A stretch of 64,000 bases of DNA from Chloroflexota bacterium. Lineage in GTDB: Bacteria; Chloroflexota; Limnocylindria; Limnocylindrales; CSP1-4. Every line of letters begins with the position of its first letter. Within the stretch, counting starts at the first letter, position 1. Made by a program: the position numbers and the translations under genes. The notes below the pieces were generated by a model. The model saw nothing but the letters and a program-made list of their open reading frames with translations. It made no database searches and had not been told where the DNA came from. Shown here one piece after another: positions 1 to 8,586 of the stretch. The stretch lies in NCBI GenBank assembly GCA_027364875.1, contig DAHXON010000005.1, positions 3,976 through 67,975 of the forward strand. The letters are read 5' to 3'.

Positions 1-60
1 TTAACAGAGCCCGTGGAGAATGTCTCTCCCGCGGCCCGCACTATCAGGCAGGAGGGGTAG

Positions 61-759
61 GTGCCCCGAACCATTCTCGTCGTCGACGACGAGAAGACGC
101 TGCGCGAGACCCTCGCAGACGGTCTCGAGAGCGAGGGCTACTCGGTCGTCCAGGCGGCCGACGGACGCGAGGCGGTCGACGTGTTCCGCCGCCGGCGTCC
201 CGATCTGATCCTGCTCGATCTGATGCTGCCGGAAATCTCCGGCACGGAGGTCTGCCGGATCATCCGGGCAGAATCCGGCGTCCCGATCCTGATGCTCACG
301 GCCAAGAGCGCCGAGGTGGACAAGGTCGTGGGCCTGGAGCTCGGCGCCGACGACTACGTCACCAAGCCGTTCAGCTTCCGCGAGCTCCTGGCCCGCGTCC
401 GGGCATTGCTCCGCCGTTCGGAGGCCCAGGCGGTCAATCCGGAGCCCGAGACAGTGGATCTCGGCCAGATCAGGGTGGACCTGGCCGGCCGGCGGCTCCT
501 CCGCGACGGTGAGGTCCTCCAGGTCAAGCCCAAAGCATTCGACCTGCTGGTCTTCCTCCTGCGCAATGCCGGCCACGTGTTCACCCGCGACCAGCTCCTC
601 GAGCACGTCTGGGGCTACGACTACGCGGGCGAGACTCGGACCGTGGACGTCCACATCCACTGGCTGCGCAGCCAGATCGAGGCCGATCCGGCGAGCCCGA
701 AGCTACTCGAAACGGTCCGCGGGGTCGGCTACGTGCTGAGGCGCCCGGAGGCAGGCTGA
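61..759 (+). CDS. OmpR/PhoB-family response regulator (PhoP/RegX3-like)
   Basis: 232-aa ORF with GTG start 6 nt after AGGAGG (49-54). Receiver motifs VVDDE, DLILLDLMLP, LTAK. C-terminal winged-helix RTVDVHIHWLRSQIE...VRGVGYVL. Confidence 0.9.
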   Translation: MPRTILVVDDEKTLRETLADGLESEGYSVVQAADGREAVDVFRRRRPDLILLDLMLPEISGTEVCRIIRAESGVPILMLTAKSAEVDKVVGLELGADDYVTKPFSFRELLARVRALLRRSEAQAVNPEPETVDLGQIRVDLAGRRLLRDGEVLQVKPKAFDLLVFLLRNAGHVFTRDQLLEHVWGYDYAGETRTVDVHIHWLRSQIEADPASPKLLETVRGVGYVLRRPEAG

Positions 760-767
760 GCCCGGCG

Positions 768-1865
768 CTACAGCCCCAGAACCTGCAGCACCAAGTACGC
801 AGCGGCAGCGATCACCGCGGCGCACGGGATCGTCAGGACCCAAGCGGTCACGATGCTGCGGGCAACTCCCCAGCGGACGGCGTTGATGCGATCGCTCGTG
901 CCCGTGCCCATGATGGAGCTGGAGATGACATGCGTCGTGGACACGGGCATGCCCAGATGGGATGCCCCCAGGATGATCGAGGCGGCCGCCGTCTCCGCCG
1001 CGAAGCCGTGGACCGGATCGAGCTTCACAACCCGCTGGCCCATCGTCTTCATGATCCGCCAGCCTCCCGCCGCGGTTCCCAGCGACATCGCCGTGGCCGC
1101 GAGGAGGATCACTGGCACCGGGACCGTCTTGTCCGGAATGGCCTGAACGCTGAAGAGGGCGAGGGTCATGATGCCCATCGTCTTCTGGGCATCGTTGGAT
1201 CCGTGGCTCAGGGCCATGTACGTCGCGGACAGCACCTGGAGCCGGCGGAAGCGGTCGTTGATCCGTCGCGGGCTGGTGCCCTCGTCGGCCGCCACAGTGG
1301 CACCGGCGCCTTTGTCGGCGCCGCCCAGCTTCCGAACGGCCGATCCGACCCGTCTGGGTACCGCGTGCCCGATCAGGTTCAGCAGCAGAATCATCAGGCC
1401 GAAACCGAGAAGGAGGCCGAGCACCGGCGACGAGACGAGCGGAACTACGACCTTGGCGACGAAGTTGCCCCACTGGACGGCATTCGATCCGAAGGCCACC
1501 CAGGCCGCCCCGATGAGGCCCCCGACCAGCGCGTGGCTGCTTGAGCTCGGAATCGCGAGCCGCCACGTGATCAGGTTCCACGCGATGGCGCCGATGAGGG
1601 CCGCGGCGAGCACCGAGAGGTGGCCGAGAATCGGAGCGTCCTGGACGATGCCGCTCCCGATCGTCCCCGCGACGGCGGTGCCGAAGACGATCGCTCCGAC
1701 GAAGTTGGCGGTTGCGGACAGCAGGATCGCGACTTCCGGCTTGAGGGCGCGGGTGGAGACGGAGGTGGCTATCGCGTTGGCCGTGTCGTGGAAGCCGTTG
1801 ATGTAGTCGAAGCAGAACGCCAGAACGAAGATGGCTCCCAGAGCCAGAGTGGTGCCCTGTGACAA
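768..1865 (-). CDS. pit: PiT-family inorganic phosphate transporter
   Basis: 365-aa polytopic ORF with the signature FDYINGFHDTANAIATSV near the N-terminus and the repeated GSNDAQK motif. TTG start; no in-frame ATG is available. Confidence 0.9.
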   Translation of the reverse strand: MSQGTTLALGAIFVLAFCFDYINGFHDTANAIATSVSTRALKPEVAILLSATANFVGAIVFGTAVAGTIGSGIVQDAPILGHLSVLAAALIGAIAWNLITWRLAIPSSSSHALVGGLIGAAWVAFGSNAVQWGNFVAKVVVPLVSSPVLGLLLGFGLMILLLNLIGHAVPRRVGSAVRKLGGADKGAGATVAADEGTSPRRINDRFRRLQVLSATYMALSHGSNDAQKTMGIMTLALFSVQAIPDKTVPVPVILLAATAMSLGTAAGGWRIMKTMGQRVVKLDPVHGFAAETAAASIILGASHLGMPVSTTHVISSSIMGTGTSDRINAVRWGVARSIVTAWVLTIPCAAVIAAAAYLVLQVLGL

Positions 1866-2030
1866 ACCGGCTGAACCTCATGGCGGCAGAAGTGGCCCGA
1901 CGGGATCGCAACGCAGAGGCTATCAGGTCGGAGGCAGGCGCGAAGCCGTCGCGTCTCGAGGCGGCCGTGTCGATGCCTACCTCATAAGGCGAGGAGATGG
2001 GCCGCGTCCGTGCTCCGTGCTTTCGTTCGC

Positions 2031-3149
2031 TCAACGATGCCCGGCCGCCGGTTCCCGTGCGAGCATGTCTCTGCCATCCGCGGCGGGCAGCTGTATTGAC
2101 AACAGCGAGGCGATCGTTGGCGCCCAATCGCGCAGCCGCGGTGGAGCCTCGGCTAGCACCTTTCCAAGTTGCCACGTGGCCGGATGGCCTCCACCGACGA
2201 CCGCCAGCGTCCGCATGGTCGAGCGGCTGCCGTGGGTTCCGCCCGCGTATGCCTTCTGACCCGCGAAGATCCGGCCGGGCGCGGCCAGTAGAAGCAGCAG
2301 GTCGGGATCGTAGGAGCGCCAGGCGCCAACGCCTTCGATGGTTCGCAAACCCGCGATGCCCGCCTCGTGATCTATGCCGATGGCGAGCCGGACCAGGGCG
2401 GCGCTGCCGTCGGGGATCCAGTCGGAGATCAGGCGGGCATGCTCTGGCCTCGCGCACGGGTCTATCGGCTCGTGCTCAGAGCGCGCTTCCATGTCGTGGT
2501 CGGAGGTGAACAGCAGCAAGGTCCGGGCCCAGTCCGGAGCCAGCGTTTCGCGCAGGAGCCCTATCGCGTCGTCGGCGGCCCGCACGCAGTCAATCGTCTC
2601 GGGGGCCTCGGGACCCAGATCGTGGCCCAGCGTGTCGGTCTCGTTGAAGTGGCAGAAGATCAGCGAGACGTCCGGATCCGCTGCCGCAGCCAGGAGGTGC
2701 GGCAGGACCGCGGCATTGACCGGATAACCGTGAGCGTCGAGCTGGACGTCGCCGGGGATCTCGGCACCGGGTGGCCAGACCTGGCCAAGACTCTCGAGGT
2801 GGGCCACCTCCTGGAGCTTGTGATCGCCGAAGACGGCCGCGGTCCTGAGGCCGGCGTCGGCGGCTTCGTGCAGCAGCGTTGGGACCTGGGCCGAATCCGA
2901 GCCCGCCCAGCCCGGCACCGCGTCGCGCTTGCGCGAGGTTGTCCTCACACCGGAAACCGAGCGGCTGCAACCCGTGAGCAGGGAGATGAATCCCGGATAG
3001 GTGGTCGAGGGGACGCCCGACCTTCCGCCGTCAGCGGCGAAGCCGCCCTGCTGCGCTAGATTCCAGAGGTTTGGCATCCACGAATACCGGAAGGCGTGCA
3101 GCGGGAAACCGTCGAACGCGACGATGACGATTCTCGGACGTGAGTCCAT
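2031..3149 (-). CDS. Alkaline-phosphatase-superfamily enzyme (nucleotide pyrophosphatase/phosphodiesterase-like), cytoplasmic
   Basis: 372 aa. Metal/nucleophile motifs are intact: VIVAFDG, PSTTYPG (Thr nucleophile), ETDTLGH, TSDHDM, GTHGS. No signal peptide. Confidence 0.7.
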   Translation of the reverse strand: MDSRPRIVIVAFDGFPLHAFRYSWMPNLWNLAQQGGFAADGGRSGVPSTTYPGFISLLTGCSRSVSGVRTTSRKRDAVPGWAGSDSAQVPTLLHEAADAGLRTAAVFGDHKLQEVAHLESLGQVWPPGAEIPGDVQLDAHGYPVNAAVLPHLLAAAADPDVSLIFCHFNETDTLGHDLGPEAPETIDCVRAADDAIGLLRETLAPDWARTLLLFTSDHDMEARSEHEPIDPCARPEHARLISDWIPDGSAALVRLAIGIDHEAGIAGLRTIEGVGAWRSYDPDLLLLLAAPGRIFAGQKAYAGGTHGSRSTMRTLAVVGGGHPATWQLGKVLAEAPPRLRDWAPTIASLLSIQLPAADGRDMLAREPAAGHR

Positions 3150-3228
3150 GCAACCCAGACCTCGCGAACGAACCCTTGCCGTCGCCGCGGGTTATCCACG
3201 GCGCACCCCAGACGTTGGCGGTGAGCAA

Positions 3229-3256
3229 TTAACGGCCTGTTCTCCGGCCGTTAATG
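3229..3256. promoter_or_regulatory. Candidate Pho-box: TTAACG / TTCTCC / TTAATG units at 11-nt period (strong units 22 nt apart) in a divergent intergenic region
   Basis: TTAACG at 3229 and TTAATG at 3251. The same hexamer and the same 22-nt spacing recur at 11624-11673 and 16673-16700. Confidence 0.45.
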
Positions 3257-3357
3257 CATCCCGCCCAGATTCGCCTGAACCCTGAGGTTGCGGCGAGACG
3301 ACGAATTTCCAGCAGTAGTTCTCCCGCAGCCGCAACGACATCCGGAGGCTGCCTCGA

Positions 3358-4962
3358 ATGCCCTACGCCGACTCGGCCGCAACAGCCCGCGCCTGGGCAA
3401 CAGCGAGGTCGATCGATCTCTGGGTCCTCTTCGCCTCGGACATTTCGCCGGTTCTCCTGGCTGCCCTCGCGCCGCAGTTCGACAAAATCCACCTTGACGG
3501 CGGAACGATAGCGGTGGTGGTGCCCGACGAGCACGAAGCGACCGCGATCGAGCGGCGGATCGGCGACGAGGTGGTTCGCGGACCGCGGCCGCCGGCGCCA
3601 TATGGCCTGCTCGTGGCCCTGGCGGGGGCGGACGTGCCCGACGTCCGCCGGATGGGCGTGCTGGGCGGCAGCGCCGAGGCGCTCGAAGCCGGACACCGGG
3701 CCGGCGCGGGCGCCATCGTGGGCGTGGCACCTCGAGGCCCCGGCGCGCGGACTGACCTGCTGCGCGGCCAGCCGGACGCCATCGTCGAGCCGGCCGAATT
3801 CGGGGATCTGTATTTTCAGCGGTTCGGTAGTGCCCGGGAGCACCGCGAACGCGTCCTGCTCAATCCCGGTCCGGCGGTCGTCAGCGACCGGATCCATCGC
3901 GCCGTCGGTGGTCCGGACCTCTGCCACCGCGAACCCGAATACACGGCCATCTTCGAGCGCGTCCGGGCCAAGCTTCGATTGGTCGCGGGCGTCGGCTCGG
4001 ACTGGCAGCTGGGCCTCCTTGCGGGCTCGGGAACCGCCGCGATGGAGGCGATGACGATCGGGTCCGTCCGGGCGGGTCGAAAGCTGCTGGTGTGCCGCAA
4101 TGGTGTCTACGGGGAGCGGCTGGCCACTATCGCCGCCCGGAACGGCATCGAGATCGTGAGCGTGAGCGCGCCGCAGAACGAGCCGATCGATCCAGCGGAG
4201 GTGCTGTCCGCGCTCGAAGCCAACGATGACGTGGACGCCGTCGCGGTCGTCCACCACGAGACGACGACGGGTCTCCTCAATCCGGTGGCGGAGATTGCGG
4301 CCCTCGCGTCAGTCCGAAACGTGCGTGTCGCGGTGGACGCCATCAGCTCGCTCGGAGCTGAGGAGCTACGGCTGGCGGGGACCGGCATCGACTTCCTCGC
4401 CTGCACTTCGAACAAGTGTCTCCACGGGCTCCCGGGCGCCTCCTTCGTCCTGATGTCGCCGGAGGGAGTGGCGCGGGTTCGCCAGGCTCCTCGCCGCTCC
4501 CTCTATCTGGACCTGGCCGCCTATCTGGACGCGCAGCTGCTCGGCAGCGTCCCGTTCACCCCGTCAGTTCCGGCCATCTACGGCCTCGAGGCGGCGCTGG
4601 ACGAGCTGCTCGACGAAGGAATCTCGACCAGGCGCGAGGCCTACCGTGCCCGCGTGGCATACCTCGACCGCGAGTTTGCCAGGATCGGTCTGATCCCAAT
4701 CGTGTCCGAATCCGACAGGTCGTCGTCAGTGCGAAGCCTGCCGCTCCCCGAAGGAGTGGCCTACGAGCGGCTTCACGATGCGGTCAAGGCCGACGGGTAC
4801 GTCATCTACGCCGGGCTCGGCGACGCGGCCCGAACCAACTTCCGGGTCTGCACTCTCGGGGCGATGGAGGTAGGCGCGCTCGAGGGGTTCATCGACTCTC
4901 TGGAACGAGCCATCAAGGCGGTGGCGATCCAGCCCGAACAGCGGACCGCGTTGCCGGCCTGA
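3358..4962 (+). CDS. phnW: 2-aminoethylphosphonate:pyruvate aminotransferase (PhnW) with a ~170-aa N-terminal degenerate HAD-like extension
   Basis: 534 aa, ATG 9 nt after GGAGG (3344-3348). The C-terminal ~360 aa is a class-V aminotransferase (LLNPGP, GSGTAAMEA, HHETTTGLLNP, TSNKCLHG with the PLP lysine). It lies next to phnX. Confidence 0.85.
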   Translation: MPYADSAATARAWATARSIDLWVLFASDISPVLLAALAPQFDKIHLDGGTIAVVVPDEHEATAIERRIGDEVVRGPRPPAPYGLLVALAGADVPDVRRMGVLGGSAEALEAGHRAGAGAIVGVAPRGPGARTDLLRGQPDAIVEPAEFGDLYFQRFGSAREHRERVLLNPGPAVVSDRIHRAVGGPDLCHREPEYTAIFERVRAKLRLVAGVGSDWQLGLLAGSGTAAMEAMTIGSVRAGRKLLVCRNGVYGERLATIAARNGIEIVSVSAPQNEPIDPAEVLSALEANDDVDAVAVVHHETTTGLLNPVAEIAALASVRNVRVAVDAISSLGAEELRLAGTGIDFLACTSNKCLHGLPGASFVLMSPEGVARVRQAPRRSLYLDLAAYLDAQLLGSVPFTPSVPAIYGLEAALDELLDEGISTRREAYRARVAYLDREFARIGLIPIVSESDRSSSVRSLPLPEGVAYERLHDAVKADGYVIYAGLGDAARTNFRVCTLGAMEVGALEGFIDSLERAIKAVAIQPEQRTALPA

Positions 4963-5007
4963 GTCAGCTGGGGTCACTGGGGGATCGGAACGAACGGAGG
5001 GTCTTTC

Positions 5008-5844
5008 GTGAGGACTACCCCGCCGGGCGGGCCTTCGGGCGATTGGCGAATTCGGGCGGTGGTGCTCGATTGGGCCGGCACCACCCAGGACCATGGATCC
5101 ATCGCTCCGGTTGCGGCCTTCGTGGAGACGTTCCGACGCTACGGCGTCGACATCTCCGCGGCGGAGGCTCGTGGCCCCATGGGCCTGTTCAAGCTCGATC
5201 ACATCAAGGCGCTCGTTGCCGACCCCGCGATCGCCTCGCGCTGGCAGGAGGCTCACGGGAAACCCTGCGACGGCGACGACGTTGCGGTGATGTACGAAGC
5301 GCTTCGAACCATCCAGGAAGAGGTGCTCCCCGGGTACTGCGATTTGATCGACGGCACGGTCGAGATGGTCGGTGAGATGCGTGCCCGTGGCTACCGGATC
5401 GGTTCGACGACCGGATACCCCGCCTCGATCGGCGCCAGGGCTGCCGAGGCGGCTATGCGGCAGGGATACCGACCGGATGCGATCGTCTGCGCGGACCAGG
5501 TTCCGGCCGGGCGACCGGAGCCCTGGATGCTGCTCCGGGCGCTCGAGGCGTTGCGCGTCTATCCGCCGAGCTCAGTCGTGAAAGTGGGGGATACGCGGGC
5601 AGACATCGGCGAAGGCATCAACGCCGGGGCGTGGACGGTGGGCATCTCGCGGACGGGCAACTACGTCGGCCTGGCCAAAGAGGAGCTGGACGCCCTGACC
5701 GCCGACGATAGGCGGTGGAGGATCGGCGCCGCGGAAGCGGAACTGCGCGGCTGCGGTGCGCACTACGTGATCGAGTCGATCGCCGACCTGGGGCCCGCGC
5801 TCGACGACATCGAGCGGCGGCTGTCGCGTGGCGAGCGGCCATGA
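5008..5844 (+). CDS. phnX: Phosphonoacetaldehyde hydrolase (phosphonatase, HAD family)
   Basis: 278 aa, GTG 7 nt after GGAGG (4996-5000). Has the VVLDWAGTT nucleophile motif, GPMGLFKLDHI, and the VKVGDTRADIGEGINAG motif IV. Confidence 0.9.
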   Translation: MRTTPPGGPSGDWRIRAVVLDWAGTTQDHGSIAPVAAFVETFRRYGVDISAAEARGPMGLFKLDHIKALVADPAIASRWQEAHGKPCDGDDVAVMYEALRTIQEEVLPGYCDLIDGTVEMVGEMRARGYRIGSTTGYPASIGARAAEAAMRQGYRPDAIVCADQVPAGRPEPWMLLRALEALRVYPPSSVVKVGDTRADIGEGINAGAWTVGISRTGNYVGLAKEELDALTADDRRWRIGAAEAELRGCGAHYVIESIADLGPALDDIERRLSRGERP

Positions 5845-7286
5845 GCTCCGGAGCCGCGGGCGCGGGGCGGGGGACCGCCCCAGATGCCGGCGGAGATCTG
5901 GCGAGTACGCCAATCGGCAGGCGCCAATTGAGCGAAGGCGACTCCAACTCGACCGCGCGGAGGGCAGCCTGGCAGGCCGAGAACCTGGACGAGGCGACAC
6001 GCCGGCTCCTCGCGGACGACTCTCGGTATTTCCTCCATCAATCGCTCTCGACACCCTGCCTCAACGTCGAGCACGCCGCCGAGGGGCCCTGGATCGAAGA
6101 CCTGGCCGGACGGCGCTACCTGGACTTCCATGGCAACGCGGTCCACCAGGTGGGCTTTGCCAACCAACGCGTGATCGCCGCCGTGAAGGACCAGCTCGAT
6201 ACGCTTTCGTTTACGACTCGGCGTTACACGAACGCCCCGGCCATCGCCCTGGCGCGCAAGCTCGTGGATCTCGCTCCAGATGGCCTGGACAGGGTCCTGT
6301 TCACCACGTCCGGCGCCACGGCCAACAGCGCCGCGATCCAGCTTGCCCGAGTGGCCACCGGACGCCACAAGACGGTGTCGCTCTGGGACGCGTTCCACGG
6401 CGGAACGATCGACACGATCTCAGTCGGGGGCGAAAGTCAGTTCCGCTCCGGGCTCGGTCCGCTGATGAGCGGCACCGAACACGTTCCTCCGCCGGAGCCG
6501 TACCGCTGCGTCTTCGGATGCCTCGATCGCGCCGGCACTTGCGACCTGACCTGCGCCCGATACCTGGACTACGTCCTGGAGAAGGAAGGCGACGTCGCCG
6601 CGGTCATCGCCGAGACAATCCGAAACGCACCCTATATCCCGACTCCGGAGTACTGGCAGGCCGTCCGTGCGTCATGCGACCGGCACGGAGCTCTCCTCAT
6701 CCTCGATGAGATACCGCACGCGCTGGGGCGGACCGGCCGCTTCTTCACCTTCGAGCATTTCGGCGTCACCCCGGACATCGTCACCGTCGGCAAGGGCCTC
6801 GGCGGGGGCATCATGCCGCTCGCGGCGTTGATTGCCCGGGATTCCCTGAACGTGGCCGCGGACCGCGCCCTGGGCCACTTCACGCACGAAAAGAACCCAG
6901 TAGCCTGTGCCGCCGGCCTGGCGACGATCGCCGAGATCGAGGACCGCGATCTGGTCGCACAGGCCCGCATACTCGGAGAATGGGGCCTGGAGCGCCTCCG
7001 GGAGCTCAAGGAGAGACATCCCCTGATCGGTGATGTCCGAGGCCTTGGCCTGTTGATGGGCGTCGAACTGGTTCGTGACAGGGCCACCCGCGAACCTGCC
7101 GTGGACCAAGCTGAAGCCGTCATGTACGCGGCGCTGTCGCGGGGCCTCAACTTCAAGACCGTGATGGGCAACATCCTCCACCTGTCCGCACCGCTGGTGA
7201 TCACCCGCGAGCAGCTAGGCCTGGCAATCGCCATTCTCGACGACAGCCTGTCCGAAGTGGAGCGCGACTCGGGACTGTCGGGCTGA
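5841..7286 (+). CDS. Class-III (omega) aminotransferase-fold PLP enzyme; function in the phosphonate cluster unresolved (PbfA-like lyase is one candidate)
   Basis: ATG at 5841 overlaps the phnX stop (ATGA). Motifs: TTSGATANSAAIQLAR, LILDEIPHALGRTGRFF, and VTVGKGLGGG with the PLP lysine. The longer ORF from 5715 would overlap phnX. Confidence 0.8.
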   Translation: MSSGAAGAGRGTAPDAGGDLASTPIGRRQLSEGDSNSTARRAAWQAENLDEATRRLLADDSRYFLHQSLSTPCLNVEHAAEGPWIEDLAGRRYLDFHGNAVHQVGFANQRVIAAVKDQLDTLSFTTRRYTNAPAIALARKLVDLAPDGLDRVLFTTSGATANSAAIQLARVATGRHKTVSLWDAFHGGTIDTISVGGESQFRSGLGPLMSGTEHVPPPEPYRCVFGCLDRAGTCDLTCARYLDYVLEKEGDVAAVIAETIRNAPYIPTPEYWQAVRASCDRHGALLILDEIPHALGRTGRFFTFEHFGVTPDIVTVGKGLGGGIMPLAALIARDSLNVAADRALGHFTHEKNPVACAAGLATIAEIEDRDLVAQARILGEWGLERLRELKERHPLIGDVRGLGLLMGVELVRDRATREPAVDQAEAVMYAALSRGLNFKTVMGNILHLSAPLVITREQLGLAIAILDDSLSEVERDSGLSG

Positions 7287-7300
7287 GGCGTCGGCCGGGA

Positions 7301-7486
7301 CTATCCGAACCAGCGCCACTCGGGCTCGCCCCGGATCCCGGCCAGGATGTCGGCGTCATAGCCGACCCGGCTTTCACCGAGCCAGAGCGCCTCGTCGGCT
7401 ACCTCTTCGTCGGTGGATTCGGTCGAATCCGGATCGAGCCAGACCGTGAGTATGGATTCCTCATACAGGTCGCGAAGCAGTTCCAC
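7301..7486 (-). CDS. Small acidic hypothetical protein (61 aa)
   Basis: GTG start 6 nt after GGAGG. Amino-acid composition is not the Arg/Pro/Gly-rich type of off-frame ORFs. Lies 38 nt downstream of the ABC ATPase gene on the same strand. Confidence 0.45.
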   Translation of the reverse strand: MELLRDLYEESILTVWLDPDSTESTDEEVADEALWLGESRVGYDADILAGIRGEPEWRWFG

Positions 7487-7524
7487 AGGTGGCCTCCGAT
7501 CGCCGTCTGGGTATCGAGCTAGAG

Positions 7525-8586
7525 CTAGAGCGGGAATGCCTGGACGAGCGCGGGATCGATCTCGACGTGGACCAGCGCTCCCTCGTCTATCTCGCGGGCC
7601 GAGTGGCTGGGGAGGTCGCTGTAGAGGGATATGGGTCCGGCCCCGTTCTGGCCGACCAGATGTAGTCGCGTCGTCGAGCCGAGGAAGACCTTGAGCTCGA
7701 CCCGGGCGGGCATACCGACGGCCTCTCGACCATTCGACGTCGCCGGGCCGCTGACCCGTACGTCCTCCGGTCGGAAGAAGGCGATCGCTCGACTGCCCGT
7801 GCCCTCAGGAGCGGGGATGTCGAAGGCTCCGGGAATTGCGACCCGGCCGTTGCGCACGTCCAGTTCCACCGCGTTGCGGCTGCCCACGAAGGTTGCCGCG
7901 AATTGAGTTGCGGGCATGTCATAGATCTCGTCCGGGCGGGCGATCTGCTCGACCCGGCCATGGTTCATCACCGCCACCCGATCCGCGATTGCCATCGCCT
8001 CGGATTGGTCATGCGTCACGTAGATTGCCGTTATCCCGACCCGCTGCTGGATCCGGCGGATCTCGTCGCGCAGCCGCCCTCGAACCAGGGCGTCCAGGGC
8101 CGAGAGAGGCTCGTCGAGAAGGAGAACCTCGGGGTTGGCGGCCAGCGCTCTGCCCAATGCGCAGCGCTGTGCCTGGCCGCCGCTTATCTGCTTGGGGTAC
8201 CGCTCCGCCTGCTCGGACAGGCGAACGAGGTCGAGGAGCTCGTCGACGCGCTCGTCGATCTCCTTGCGCGGCCTGCGGCGCACCTCCAGAGGAAACGAGA
8301 TGTTCTTTCGAACGGTCAGGTTGGGGAACAGCGCGTAGCTCTGGAAGACCATGCCGATTGGCCGGTCGCGAGTCGGCACGAGGGTCATGTCCCGCTGGCC
8401 GATCTCGACGTTGCCCTTGTCCGGCCGCTCGAGCCCGGCGACGCAGCGCAGCAGCGTCGTCTTGCCGCATCCGGAAGGGCCGAGTAGCGCCAGGAGCTCG
8501 CCCGGGCAGACGTCGATCGAGACGTGGTCGAGGGCCTTGACCGAGCCGTAGGACTTGGATACCCCCACAAGGCTCACGCCGCTCAT
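7525..8586 (-). CDS. ABC importer ATP-binding protein (PotA/FbpC/PhnT type with C-terminal TOBE-like domain)
   Basis: 353 aa from MSGVSLVG. Walker A GPSGCGKTT, signature ISGGQAQR, Walker B LLLDEP. The ATG at 8586 overlaps the upstream permease stop (ATGA). Confidence 0.9.
   Translation of the reverse strand: MSGVSLVGVSKSYGSVKALDHVSIDVCPGELLALLGPSGCGKTTLLRCVAGLERPDKGNVEIGQRDMTLVPTRDRPIGMVFQSYALFPNLTVRKNISFPLEVRRRPRKEIDERVDELLDLVRLSEQAERYPKQISGGQAQRCALGRALAANPEVLLLDEPLSALDALVRGRLRDEIRRIQQRVGITAIYVTHDQSEAMAIADRVAVMNHGRVEQIARPDEIYDMPATQFAATFVGSRNAVELDVRNGRVAIPGAFDIPAPEGTGSRAIAFFRPEDVRVSGPATSNGREAVGMPARVELKVFLGSTTRLHLVGQNGAGPISLYSDLPSHSAREIDEGALVHVEIDPALVQAFPL

Noticed and set aside
703-2457. Very long ORFs on the opposite strand or in alternate frames of recognised genes. 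Examples: 703-2457, 3229-4257, 19244-20515, 24976-26823, 31817-33349, 36536-37960, 38394-40364, 40243-42114, 49894-52083, 52217-54154 (upstream part), 55389-57749.
   Set aside because: Their translations are Arg/Pro/Gly/Ala-rich low-complexity strings with no motifs, which is typical of stop-codon-poor off-frames in high-GC DNA. Each overlaps a gene with clear family signatures.
5715-5840. The upstream extension of the aminotransferase-fold ORF. Similar N-terminal extensions in the ORF track apply to ppk1 (24105), the kinase (17317), the P-type ATPase (25441), amt (36554), pstA (14613) and the ABC genes.
   Set aside because: The extensions overlap the preceding genes and are Arg-rich. Internal starts coincide with ATGA/GTGA coupling or SD sequences, and with the normal N-termini of the families.
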